Part shown: piece by piece, positions 28,314 to 38,252 of the stretch
Layout of the letters: every line of letters starts with the position of its first letter
Position numbering within the stretch: position 1 is the first letter of the stretch
From: an uncultured Gammaproteobacteria bacterium
GTDB taxonomy: Bacteria > Patescibacteriota > Patescibacteriia > JACRJV01
Assembly (NCBI GenBank): GCA_964576005.1
Contig: CAZNTM010000001.1
Coordinates: forward strand, 3,711 to 67,710
Reading direction: 5' to 3'
Length of the DNA stretch: 64,000 nucleotides
Notes under the pieces: model-generated
Told to the model about the DNA's origin: nothing
The model's database searches: none
What the model saw: only the letters and a program-made list of their open reading frames with translations
Program-made: the position numbers and the translations under genes

Positions 28314-28949
28314 ATGCGCATCATTGATATTTCTACCCCGCTCATGGAGGGCGTGCCGGTGTGGCCAAAGTCGCCTGGTATCAGTGTTACCTGGAGGAAA
28401 CGTCTTGATCGCGGCGACAGCGCCAATTTGACGCGGCTTGATACTGACGTGCACGTTGGCACGCATGTGGAAGGGAAGCTGCACAACTTCAATGACGGTG
28501 CGGCAATTGATGGAATTCCACTTGATATTTTTGTTGGTCCTGCAGTGGTTGTTGATTTTGCAGCAGCCTCTGCACTGACGGCAACTGTGCTCGACGCTGC
28601 CAGTATCTCTCACGGCACAACACGTGTACTCCTGAAAACAAAAAATTCCGCTTTTTGGGAGCATCCACGGCATGCATTCCGTGAAGATTTTACCGGCCTC
28701 ACCGTTGATGGAGCGCAGTGGCTCGTTGACCACGGCATCACACTGGTCGGCAACGATTATCTTTCGATTGCGCAGTATGGACAGGGCCGCGAGGTGCACG
28801 ACATTCTCCTTGAAGGCGGCGTCACCATCATTGAAGGGCTCGATCTTCGTTTGGCGGTAGCAGGGGAGTATGAACTCATTTGCCTGCCATTGAAGCTCGT
28901 CGGTCGTGAAGCAACACCGGCGCGGGCTGTACTCCTTCAACGCGATTGA
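28314..28949 (+). CDS. Cyclase family (kynurenine formamidase-like) metallohydrolase
   Basis: IDIS.PL...PVWP, HVGTHVE...H, VG.DYLSI, IIEGL, LPLKL...A.PARAV. Confidence 0.9.
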   Translation: MRIIDISTPLMEGVPVWPKSPGISVTWRKRLDRGDSANLTRLDTDVHVGTHVEGKLHNFNDGAAIDGIPLDIFVGPAVVVDFAAASALTATVLDAASISHGTTRVLLKTKNSAFWEHPRHAFREDFTGLTVDGAQWLVDHGITLVGNDYLSIAQYGQGREVHDILLEGGVTIIEGLDLRLAVAGEYELICLPLKLVGREATPARAVLLQRD

Positions 28950-30256
28950 TAGAGCGACGCATGTCGTTCGATCATGCGTGGCAATGAAAAGTGTTCCTCG
29001 TATCGCGCTCGTGCGATAGCTCCCATTGCTTGTCTCTTTGTTGGGCTTTCAAGGAGATAACGGAGCGCATGAGAGAGCGCATCCACATCTCGCGCCGGCA
29101 CAATGAGGCCGGTTTTTTGATCGACGATAATATCAGGGATCCCACCGACCCGTGTTGCGATGATCGGTTTACCAAGGCTCATTGCGTGAAGGATGACATA
29201 GGGCATCCCTTCCATTTCGGAGGAGAGAACGAAGATATCCAACCCCGCGATGATCTGGAGCGTTTCTTTGAGCGGTTGGTATCCAGTGAATTCAACCAGT
29301 TCATCGAGACCAAGCTCGGTCGCCATGGTGCGCATTGATTCGAGTGTCGGTCCGTCGCCAACGAGGATGGCTCGAAAGAGGTTTTGATCCTGTTGATGGA
29401 TCCGAGCGAGCGCTTCGAGAAAATATCGTTGTCCCTTATGAGCTAAGAAGCTTGCGACCATGCCGATTGATGGGGTGGGGTGATCATCGAGACCGTTGAC
29501 CGGATGATTGTTCACACCATACTGCTCGACTTCGGCAACGCCATACGGGATTTTTTTGAGCTGTGCGTGGCGAAACTCACCCAGTTCGAGCAGGCGCTGA
29601 CCAATAAAATCGGCAGGAACAGCGACTTGATCGAATGAACGGCTCACCAATCGGTTGATGAGCCGTTCAACGATTGCTGGAAATGTTATTGGCGCCGGTG
29701 TATTGCAGATACTCATGACACACCAGCGACAACCGGCGAGTTTGGCTGCCACTGCCGCAACCTGGGCACTCTGCGCTCCTGGGTACCCGCCGTTCACCAC
29801 CTGGAGGACGTCAATCGGATGCGCCCGAAATGCGCGGTACAATCGCAAGAAATTGACCGGCATCAAGGCGTATCGGAGCAGCGCATAGAAGAAACGCCCC
29901 GGTGCTTTCAGGGTTGATGATGAAATTTTTTTATGGAGCGCGTGTAATCGAATAAAGTGTCGTTCTGTCCAGCCGAGCTGTTGGGGTGCCGTTGTATCCG
30001 TGAGTTCCTTTGCTCCAAAATGTCCGCCAATCTCTTTAACCTTCACAGGACAGGAGACCGTGACGGGCGCATGGGAGAAATCAAGAAAATCAACGAATTC
30101 TTGCCACGGTTCATGAAACACGATGATGTCATAGTGATCGCGGTCAATATTCCAGAGGAGATCCTTAAAGTACACTTCAGCTCCTCCAAGCATCGGGGTG
30201 TACATATACAAGCCGAGCCGCGTTTTTTTTGGCGCCTCTTTTTGATCAGCGTCCAT
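28937..30256 (-). CDS. Glycosyltransferase family 4
   Basis: GGAE, HKG, VGDGP, SEMEGMPYVILHAMS.G.P.IATRVGG. Confidence 0.9.
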   Translation of the reverse strand: MDADQKEAPKKTRLGLYMYTPMLGGAEVYFKDLLWNIDRDHYDIIVFHEPWQEFVDFLDFSHAPVTVSCPVKVKEIGGHFGAKELTDTTAPQQLGWTERHFIRLHALHKKISSSTLKAPGRFFYALLRYALMPVNFLRLYRAFRAHPIDVLQVVNGGYPGAQSAQVAAVAAKLAGCRWCVMSICNTPAPITFPAIVERLINRLVSRSFDQVAVPADFIGQRLLELGEFRHAQLKKIPYGVAEVEQYGVNNHPVNGLDDHPTPSIGMVASFLAHKGQRYFLEALARIHQQDQNLFRAILVGDGPTLESMRTMATELGLDELVEFTGYQPLKETLQIIAGLDIFVLSSEMEGMPYVILHAMSLGKPIIATRVGGIPDIIVDQKTGLIVPARDVDALSHALRYLLESPTKRQAMGAIARARYEEHFSLPRMIERHASLYQSR

Positions 30257-31226
30257 AGCGTTGTTTCATCCAGTCCCAGGTTTTTTCAAGACCGGCGCGA
30301 AGTGTCGTGGTGGGGGACCACTCGAGGTGCTCTCGCGCCTTCGTGATATCCAACACAATCGTGGAGACGTCACTCACACGCGTTGGCAGTATAGCGATCT
30401 CGGCGCGATTGCCGGTGATTTCTTCAATAAGGGGGATCAGTGTGCTGATTTTCGTTCCGACCCCGCTGCCGATGTTAAAGATTCGCTCTGGTCCCGTGTA
30501 CCGCAGAGCGCATAGTGTCGCGTCGATCGCGTCGTCAATATAGAGAAAATCGCGGGTCATTTCTCCATCTCCAATCATGGGGATCGGTTTACCAAGCGCC
30601 ATACATTCCAGGAATGTCGCGATGGCGCCGAAACCGCTCTGTGGCAGTTGTCCAGGACCATAGGGGTTTCCGTAGCGGAGCATGATGGAGGTGAATGCCT
30701 GACGCTGCTCGTAGAGTTGGAGGTATTTTTCCGTGGCAAGTTTCACGATGCCGTACGAACTAATGGGATCGGTGGGATGCGTCTCTGGGATGGGAATTTG
30801 TTGTGGGATACCATAGACGGTGCCTCCAGATGAGGGAAAGATTATTTTTCGGACGCGTGCATTCTTCGCTGCCTCAAGGATGCGGATGTTTTCTTCCAGA
30901 TTCCGTTCGACGTCTTGGAGGGGGTTGGTCGTGGATTCTGCCGGGGTCGTTGCGCCGAGGAAGCAAAACAGAGCGTCGACACCATCAAGGACCTCATGAA
31001 GGAGCGCAGTGTTGTTCGTACTTCGCTCAGCGATCAGCTCGAGTGGAAAGGTGCGCGCGAGATTTTGCAGTTCGGGGGTCTCTCGACTATGTGGGTCGAG
31101 GACGCGGACCGCATACCCCTCCTGCCGGACTAGCCGCTCGACCAGGTGTAGCCCGAGGAAGCCACAGCCGCCAAGAACGACACAGCGTCGGTGTTTCGGG
31201 ATCGCTCGCTCTTCGTTGGATTGCAT
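30246..31226 (-). CDS. NAD-dependent epimerase/dehydratase
   Basis: GGCGFLG, SSGGTVYG, YGIVK, NPYGP, RDFLYIDD. Confidence 0.92.
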   Translation of the reverse strand: MQSNEERAIPKHRRCVVLGGCGFLGLHLVERLVRQEGYAVRVLDPHSRETPELQNLARTFPLELIAERSTNNTALLHEVLDGVDALFCFLGATTPAESTTNPLQDVERNLEENIRILEAAKNARVRKIIFPSSGGTVYGIPQQIPIPETHPTDPISSYGIVKLATEKYLQLYEQRQAFTSIMLRYGNPYGPGQLPQSGFGAIATFLECMALGKPIPMIGDGEMTRDFLYIDDAIDATLCALRYTGPERIFNIGSGVGTKISTLIPLIEEITGNRAEIAILPTRVSDVSTIVLDITKAREHLEWSPTTTLRAGLEKTWDWMKQRYGR

Positions 31227-31312
31227 ACTGTCCAATAGTATTGGATTGGTGTCGGGATGTCGAATGCCTTGTCAGTATGGGGTGTATTCGATATTATTCT
31301 TGATGCCCTCCT

Positions 31313-32047
31313 ATGCGCGAGACCTCCCCATTTTCTGATTCGTATATTGACGCGATCAGTGGTGATCCGTTCAAGAATTATTTTACGCCGATTTGGGACG
31401 AGGTGTGTCAAACGGTCACGATCGGCTCGCTCTTGGATGTCGGATGTGGGAATGGGCTTTTTACCGCGGCGCTCAAACCGAAGCTCGGTTGCAGGCTCTC
31501 CGGCGTTGACGGGAGTCCTCATGCCTTGCGTCTTGCGAAAGAGGCCGGGTTCGACGCACTCTCGTTGGTGGAAGATTTCTCAACAATGCCGCTGCCATTT
31601 GATGATGCGCAATTCGATTTTGTGGTCTGCAAGGATGTGCTTGAACATCTGCTAGATCCACAGCGCCTGCTCGCCGAAATGAGTCGGGTGCTGAAGGCCG
31701 GGGGCGCGCTGCTGGTTCATGTTCCGAACCACTTCTCCCTCTACGGTCGCCTTCGGTTTTTGTTTACAAACGATATTGATACCTGGCGATATTATCCCAA
31801 GAGTACGCGTTTCAATTTCCCGCATATTCGTTTTTATACCCACGAGGAGATACGCTCGATGCTTCGAGCGGAGCGGTTCACTCCCATCGGCGATTATAGT
31901 CACTATTTTTTTTCAATGCCAAAACAGCACTACCTACCCCGACGAGTGAGGATGCGTCTCGCTCGTTTCCTGACGCAACGCGCTCCGTCTCAATTTGCCG
32001 CCGGATTTACTATTCTTGCGCGGAAGCATGAGGAGAGCAGCGTATGA
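31313..32047 (+). CDS. Class I SAM methyltransferase
   Basis: LLDVGCGNG, LPF....FD, DVLEHL.DP, VPN. Confidence 0.9.
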   Translation: MRETSPFSDSYIDAISGDPFKNYFTPIWDEVCQTVTIGSLLDVGCGNGLFTAALKPKLGCRLSGVDGSPHALRLAKEAGFDALSLVEDFSTMPLPFDDAQFDFVVCKDVLEHLLDPQRLLAEMSRVLKAGGALLVHVPNHFSLYGRLRFLFTNDIDTWRYYPKSTRFNFPHIRFYTHEEIRSMLRAERFTPIGDYSHYFFSMPKQHYLPRRVRMRLARFLTQRAPSQFAAGFTILARKHEESSV

Positions 32048-33765
32048 CCAGTGGCGTTTCTCGGGGACGATTACTTATTCTCTGCGGGGATTTTTCCGGA
32101 TCGTTGGATCGTTTTGACGTTATCATTACCTGGTCTCCGGCGCGGCATGAGGATCTCCGCACTCACGGCATTACAAGTCCTCGGTTTGGAGACTTTACTC
32201 CGAGTGAAGAGCGTGGGGTGTTCCTTGATCGGGAACTCCATCAAGGTCTTGAGGCCGGACTCGATGCCGAAGCGCGCGCGAATAACACTCTTCGCTGGGC
32301 TCCGCTTGCCATACAACAACTTCGGTTGCCGCTCGCCCGTTATCGCTGGCTCAAGGAGTGCGTTGGGGCCATTGTCCGTCAATACAAGCCTCGAGAGATT
32401 GTCCTTTCTTCGGGTGAAGACAGAGAAATCGTCCGCGCGGTCGAACATGGTGTACAGTCGGAAGCGATTGTCGTTACGGTTGAGCATGGTCCCATTGATC
32501 CATCTGCTTCAACGATCTATCGCTCCGCGCCATATGGATTGCCGCGACGACTCGATCCGAATTGGTTTCACCGTCTTCGATGGCGAGGGCGTGCATGGCG
32601 TCTTGGCTTGGGGAGTGTCCAACTTGAGCTTTATCCAAATATTCCCGAGCACGCGTGTACCGGCAGCATCCACGGATTTAAAATTCGTCCCGCGCTTGCA
32701 TTCTTTGATGCGGTCGCGGGTAAGCTCCGGCGTCTCCTGCATATTCCTCATCGCGAAACGCTCGTTGATCTCTCTTCTGCGCATCTCGATGACCACCTCC
32801 CCATGATCATCGAGCCGACTCATTGGCAACAATTTTCTGCCGATGAGCAGCGTTTGCTGAATGGGTTGCTCTTTCGATACTTCCAACTCTATCCCGCAAC
32901 CTATATTGATATCGTGGCAGAGCGACTCGCATTCATCTTTTCGACCATCCGACCGTCGCGTGTCGTTCTGGCTGTTGATCTCCTTGATGCAGACCGACTG
33001 CTCGCGTTTGTTGCGAAGCGCCAGGGTATTCCGGTTGATTATCTTCCGCACGGTGTTGTGATGGAGGAGTATTCTGGTAACGCCCATCCGTGTCTCTTTG
33101 TTCCCAACCGGATCCTTACCTGGTCCGAGGCATCGGCAGATGCCTTCCGTGCCTTGGGATGGGCTGCGACCGCCATCCGCCATCCTCTGTTCAATCGTGA
33201 GCACGCCATGACCGTGCGGTCACTTCCAGCCGACCGACGGGCATGGCGTGTGCTGGTTCTTCTCTCTGATTGGGAGGGCTTGTCGCATGCGGGACGAGAA
33301 GATGGTCAGTTGGTTGAGATGATGACGATTGTACGGACGCTTCGAGAGGTCGGTATACCATCAGAGCATATTGACGTGAAATTTCACTTTACACCCATTG
33401 CAGAGCACCGAGAACAACAAGAACAGGTTGTCGAGCAGCTCAAGAGCACTCTTGATTTTCCATTCCGTGTGATCGCTTCCTCCATCAAATCACGCGCGTT
33501 GTTACCCGAGTACTCTCTCGTCATTGTTCCACCGACCACTGGCATTTTTGAGGCAGTCTTTCTTGGCATTCCGCTGGTGCTCTTTGGCCGCGGCTTTGGA
33601 CGGTATGGGATATTTCGCGATGCTCCGCTGCCGCATGCAGAGACTGGGGCTACCTTGCGTTCCATTCTTGAACAGTATGATGATCAGAATCTCGAGCGCG
33701 TCTATCGTCGTCTCGTGGAGCAGGTCACGTGCGGTGTCTCGTTGACGGATCTCCCAGCATCTTAA
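32044..33765 (+). CDS. Hypothetical GT-B-like protein (candidate nonulosonate/capsule transferase)
   Basis: AKRQGIP...LPHG, ILTW, VKFH, TT.IFEA..LGIP motifs as in surface-carbohydrate GT-B proteins. Confidence 0.6.
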   Translation: MTSGVSRGRLLILCGDFSGSLDRFDVIITWSPARHEDLRTHGITSPRFGDFTPSEERGVFLDRELHQGLEAGLDAEARANNTLRWAPLAIQQLRLPLARYRWLKECVGAIVRQYKPREIVLSSGEDREIVRAVEHGVQSEAIVVTVEHGPIDPSASTIYRSAPYGLPRRLDPNWFHRLRWRGRAWRLGLGSVQLELYPNIPEHACTGSIHGFKIRPALAFFDAVAGKLRRLLHIPHRETLVDLSSAHLDDHLPMIIEPTHWQQFSADEQRLLNGLLFRYFQLYPATYIDIVAERLAFIFSTIRPSRVVLAVDLLDADRLLAFVAKRQGIPVDYLPHGVVMEEYSGNAHPCLFVPNRILTWSEASADAFRALGWAATAIRHPLFNREHAMTVRSLPADRRAWRVLVLLSDWEGLSHAGREDGQLVEMMTIVRTLREVGIPSEHIDVKFHFTPIAEHREQQEQVVEQLKSTLDFPFRVIASSIKSRALLPEYSLVIVPPTTGIFEAVFLGIPLVLFGRGFGRYGIFRDAPLPHAETGATLRSILEQYDDQNLERVYRRLVEQVTCGVSLTDLPAS

Positions 33766-33779
33766 GTACTAGAAACGCC

Positions 33780-35579
33780 ATGGACCATGAGATGCAGAAC
33801 CTGTTGAAGCGCATACGCACACCTCGAGAGGGCGTATCGTTCTTTCGTTTTGTGGTGGGGCGAGTTCGTGATGCGTTGATCCGTCGGGTCAGTACTCCGC
33901 ACGCATATTACCCTCCGATGGTGCGAATGGCATGTGAAGGTGTTCAAAAGATCCGTACCAATCATCAGGCCGAAACATCAACCCATCCTCCTGCGTCTGA
34001 CGCTCATTTGTCGAATGTGCCAAGTCACCTGATCCTTGCCACTGGTTCATTGCAGTGTATTGGCCTGCCGGATTGGACAACATCCTGGGAAGATCCGGAG
34101 CAGGTCATGTCGCTTCACCGTTGGAATTGGCTTTTGTTTCGATTATACGAAACGGGCGAGGCACCGGATTCGGCGTGGGGGTTGCGACTCATGCGATCGT
34201 GGCTCAGGAGGATGGGCGCGGTACCAGCCGGGATTGCCGGTACAACGTATACAACGGGAGAACGGATTGCGAATGCCGTATTGTTTTTGGCTCGCGTTGG
34301 AAAAAACCGGGTTGATCCAAACGCCATCCCAGAGGATATCACCCGTGCGTTGAGGAGCATGGCAGTGCACATTGCCGGACATCTTGAATATAAAGAGCCG
34401 GAATTGAGCGGCAACCATGTCATCCAGAACGCACGAGCGCTGCTCTTTGCTGGGGCGTTTTTGTGCACTCCTGCATTCTCGGAGCTCGCTCGTGTCATCC
34501 TCCGTGAGCGCCTCCCATCGCTCATCACCGAGGATGGATTTCTCCGTGAGGGTTCCAGTCATTATCATTTTTTGTTTACTCGTTGGGTACTTGAAATGGA
34601 TTGGGTGGCCCAGGAGGTGGGGGATCGCATCACCGTGAGCATTCTTCAACCCATAAAACAGAAACTTTTGGAGCGCTGTTGGTTTTTTCTTGTGTACAAT
34701 GATGCGGAAAGATTATGGCAAATTCCGACGATTGGCGATGTGTCGCCGGATTGCACGCCAGCATGGTTGCTCATGTATCTGTGGCCTGATCTCGAAGCGG
34801 CTCGACCACCATCTGCCCGTGATCGTCTCGAGCAATTCGAGCGGAGCGGCTGGGTTCGTTGTGATCGAGATGAGACAACGATGTTTTGGCATTTCCGGCT
34901 CTCCGCGCCGGGGCTCTATCCCACCCACGGGCATAACGACACTGGGTCGTTCGTGCTGTGTATCCGCGGGGCGCCTGTGCTCGTTGACCCCGGACGTCCA
35001 TCTTATATGATGAGTGATCCTTTTTACTCCTATAGCGGCAGTGCATCCGCCCACAACAGTCTTGTTGTTGATGGCATTGAACCGCTGGTGCCCGAACAGC
35101 GCCGCTGGTTGCCGTTTTGGTATAGAGATGCCAAGGTAGAAGTACTAGAGGAGAACGTGGGCGGTGATATCAGCCTTATCCTCCGGCACACGGGGTACAA
35201 CCGTGTTGCTGTCGCTGGGTTTGTTCATGAGCGTCGTTGGGTCATTGGATTGCGTCGTCTTTACATTGAAGATATGTTTTCGGGCGATGGAGCCCATATC
35301 GTCGAGACATTTTTTCAGTGGTCACCGCAATACGCTCTTCATCCCCAGTCGGCCCCATCGTTGAGCGCTCACGCGGTTGATACGCATGGCATGCATATAA
35401 CATTCGCTGTAGAGCGGACTTCGGCAGGGACACTCATCACCCATGTGCGCGGGCAGCGGCAACCAAAACTCGCTGGATGGACCTTTCCAGCGTACGGCAC
35501 GTATGTTCCAAGTGTCTCAACGATGATCTCGACGCGCACTACATTTCCTGCCTCATTCCACTATCAGTTCAAATGGTAA
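33780..35579 (+). CDS. Heparinase II/III family protein
   Basis: LE....GNH...NA.AL, DG...EGS..YH, IGD, HGHND..SF......VLVDPG..SY, AHN...VDG. Confidence 0.88.
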   Translation: MDHEMQNLLKRIRTPREGVSFFRFVVGRVRDALIRRVSTPHAYYPPMVRMACEGVQKIRTNHQAETSTHPPASDAHLSNVPSHLILATGSLQCIGLPDWTTSWEDPEQVMSLHRWNWLLFRLYETGEAPDSAWGLRLMRSWLRRMGAVPAGIAGTTYTTGERIANAVLFLARVGKNRVDPNAIPEDITRALRSMAVHIAGHLEYKEPELSGNHVIQNARALLFAGAFLCTPAFSELARVILRERLPSLITEDGFLREGSSHYHFLFTRWVLEMDWVAQEVGDRITVSILQPIKQKLLERCWFFLVYNDAERLWQIPTIGDVSPDCTPAWLLMYLWPDLEAARPPSARDRLEQFERSGWVRCDRDETTMFWHFRLSAPGLYPTHGHNDTGSFVLCIRGAPVLVDPGRPSYMMSDPFYSYSGSASAHNSLVVDGIEPLVPEQRRWLPFWYRDAKVEVLEENVGGDISLILRHTGYNRVAVAGFVHERRWVIGLRRLYIEDMFSGDGAHIVETFFQWSPQYALHPQSAPSLSAHAVDTHGMHITFAVERTSAGTLITHVRGQRQPKLAGWTFPAYGTYVPSVSTMISTRTTFPASFHYQFKW

Positions 35580-35584
35580 TGGGT

Positions 35585-37438
35585 ATGTGTGGCATTGCTG
35601 GGTTTATCACACGAGCGGGCACCAAGGCTCGTCCAGAGGATCTCAAGGCGATGACGGATCGCATGGTGCACCGCGGTCCGGATGATGAGGGGTTTTTCAC
35701 CGATGGTCGGGTCGGCTTGGGGATGCGCCGGCTCGCGATTATTGATGTTGCTGGCGGGCATCAACCAATGAGCAACGAAGACGGAACAATGACCGTGGTC
35801 TTTAATGGAGAGATCTATAATTACCGCGAATTGCAGTCAGCCTTAGAGGGAAAGGGCCATCATTTTCAGACCTCGAGTGACACGGAAGTTATTGTCCATG
35901 CCTACGAGCAGTATGGTCGAGACTGTCTCCGCTATTTTAACGGTATGTTTGCTTTTGCGCTCTACGATGGCCGGCAGAAAGCGCTTTGGCTTGTGCGCGA
36001 TCGTCTCGGCATTAAACCGTTGTATTACGGAGGGAGCGACAGCGCGTTTTTTTTTAGCTCCGACCTTGGAGCGTTCCCTTGGCCGCTTCGTCAACGCGTG
36101 AATCGTGATGCCCTCATTGCGTATTTTGGTCATGGCTATGTTCCAACCCCACAGACGATCTATGCCGGAGTTCGCAAGCTTCCTCCTGGCCATTCCTTGT
36201 GGGTGAACAATGGAACGTCAACGCTCCATCGGTACTGGGATATACCAGCGTTTGAAACCGCATTCATCTCGGCCGTCCAAGCCGAAGAACAGCTTCGGGG
36301 TCTTCTGGAAGACGCCGTTTCGTTACAGTTACGAAGCGACGTGCCATTGGCGGTCATGCTCTCCGGCGGGCTTGACAGCAGTGCAATTACCGCGATGGCA
36401 GCGGAGCATGCTGGGCAGCCGGTCACCACGTTCACGATCCGTTTTACCGGCAAGGGCGGAGCTGATCACACCTTCGCTCGCTCGGTTGCGGATCGCTACC
36501 GCACTCATCACCACGAAATTCCAGTGGCTCCTGATGACTTGCTCTCTGGTCTTGACGCCATCATTGCGATGTTGGATGAGCCAGTGGCAGATTCCGCTCT
36601 GGTCCCAACCTTTCTCATTTCCAAAGCAGCGCGTGAGCAGGGGATTCGCGTGCTCTTAAGCGGCGCGGGGGGCGACGAAGTGTTTGGGGGCTACCGACGA
36701 CATTTTTCGCCACGTCTCGGCGCTCCGGCCTGGTGGGCCGAGCATCTTCCCGAGTCGTTGCGCGCTCCCGTTGCCCGAGCGTGGGCCAGGGTTCAGCCGC
36801 ACCGCGGATTTCGCGTGCTCGATCCTCGCATTGCGTATCGTACCCAAGTTTTTGGCGCTGATCTTGGGTTCTACCAACAGGCGTTGACGCCAAGCGTGTT
36901 CACTCAACTTCTTCAAGAACTTAAAAACTCCACGGCGATAGGGAGGGGAGCGGGCGGGCCACGGAGCTATTCTTATAAACGGATGTATGCCGACCTCAAC
37001 GAATATCTGCTTGATAACATTTTATCGCTCTCGGATAAGGCGACCATGGCGGCCTCGATTGAAGGTCGGGTTCCGTTACTCGATCATCGCATTGTGGAGT
37101 TCGCTTTTGCATTGCCTCAAGAGATAAATTTACTTCGTGGATCAGCAAAGGGTTTGTTTAAGGAAACGATACGTTCGTTGCTGCCGGCCGACCTGTTAGC
37201 GCGCCAGAAAGAAGGATTTAATGCGCCAATCGCCTCATGGATGGATCAGGAATTTTTCGGCAAACTTAAAGAAGAGCTCACCATGTCGCTATCGCCGACA
37301 CTCGTTGAACTCCTTGATGTTGATACACTTCGTCGGGTGTTCGATCAGCCGCCTGCCCAGCCTTTTCTTTCCAACACGCTCTTTGCGCTCTATGTCTTCA
37401 ATCGTTGGGAGCGTACTCACCCCATCACGGTCTCGTAG
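35585..37438 (+). CDS. asnB: Asparagine synthase (glutamine-hydrolysing)-like amidotransferase
   Basis: MCGIAG, HRGPD, FNGEIYN, RDRLGIKPLYY, LSGGLDSS, SG.GGDE.FGGY, E.RVPLLD. Confidence 0.93.
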   Translation: MCGIAGFITRAGTKARPEDLKAMTDRMVHRGPDDEGFFTDGRVGLGMRRLAIIDVAGGHQPMSNEDGTMTVVFNGEIYNYRELQSALEGKGHHFQTSSDTEVIVHAYEQYGRDCLRYFNGMFAFALYDGRQKALWLVRDRLGIKPLYYGGSDSAFFFSSDLGAFPWPLRQRVNRDALIAYFGHGYVPTPQTIYAGVRKLPPGHSLWVNNGTSTLHRYWDIPAFETAFISAVQAEEQLRGLLEDAVSLQLRSDVPLAVMLSGGLDSSAITAMAAEHAGQPVTTFTIRFTGKGGADHTFARSVADRYRTHHHEIPVAPDDLLSGLDAIIAMLDEPVADSALVPTFLISKAAREQGIRVLLSGAGGDEVFGGYRRHFSPRLGAPAWWAEHLPESLRAPVARAWARVQPHRGFRVLDPRIAYRTQVFGADLGFYQQALTPSVFTQLLQELKNSTAIGRGAGGPRSYSYKRMYADLNEYLLDNILSLSDKATMAASIEGRVPLLDHRIVEFAFALPQEINLLRGSAKGLFKETIRSLLPADLLARQKEGFNAPIASWMDQEFFGKLKEELTMSLSPTLVELLDVDTLRRVFDQPPAQPFLSNTLFALYVFNRWERTHPITVS

Positions 37439-37445
37439 ATCGCCT

Positions 37446-38240
37446 ATGCCGAACCCCTCCATCTCTGTTGTCTCTCCTACCTATAATTCATCTCCCTTTA
37501 TCCGTGAGACCGTTGCTTCAATCTTGGAACAAACGGTACTCCCGGATGAAATGGTGTTTGCTGATGATGGATCCACTGACGGAACGCACACCATCATCCG
37601 GAAGATGATGATCGGTCGAGCCGCGCCAACCCTGCAGGTACTCTCCAACCCCCATCGCGGTCCAGGAGCAGCGCGCAACGCCGCGGTTCTGGCAGCAACA
37701 GGGGAGTGGATTGCGTTTTTAGATTCTGATGATCGCTGGGAGCCAATCAAAATCGAACGCATCCGTGAGGCCATCACTACGCACCCCAACGCTAATTTTT
37801 TCTGTCACAATCAGCACCATCGTCGCCGTGACGGGTCAATCGAACTCCTCGACCTTGCGTCACAGTATCGGTCAGATATTGCGCTCCCGCGTCAGCTTTT
37901 TCGAGTCTGTCTCTTCGCCACTTCTGCAGTGATCTGCCGACGCGATCTTTTATTGACGCATGGACTATTTGACGAATCATTACCTTCGGCCCAAGATTAT
38001 GAACTCTGGCTGCGACTTGCTCCACATCTGCGTGTTCAGTTTGTGAGCGAAGCGTTGGGCTGGTATATTGAGCGGCCGGGGAGCATTTCATCTACGAGTC
38101 GTTGGCGGCATTTTGCTAATGTGATGAGAGCATTGACACGGAATCGCCGAAATACTCTACCGCGATGGTACTGGGCCGGTATGCTTCGCCACAGCGGCGC
38201 TTTTGCGAAACATCGGATTGAACGATATTTTCGCGTCTAA
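37446..38240 (+). CDS. Glycosyltransferase family 2
   Basis: PTYN, DDGSTD, ARN, IAFLDSDD.W, QDYELWLR. Confidence 0.92.
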   Translation: MPNPSISVVSPTYNSSPFIRETVASILEQTVLPDEMVFADDGSTDGTHTIIRKMMIGRAAPTLQVLSNPHRGPGAARNAAVLAATGEWIAFLDSDDRWEPIKIERIREAITTHPNANFFCHNQHHRRRDGSIELLDLASQYRSDIALPRQLFRVCLFATSAVICRRDLLLTHGLFDESLPSAQDYELWLRLAPHLRVQFVSEALGWYIERPGSISSTSRWRHFANVMRALTRNRRNTLPRWYWAGMLRHSGAFAKHRIERYFRV

Positions 38241-38252
38241 GGCTCACGAATT

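Noticed and set aside
20507-31915. A8/T8 homopolymers (about 20507, 22313, 31905) as phase-variation tracts
   Set aside because: They are short A/T runs, the frames are intact, and such runs are expected from Lys/Phe codons.
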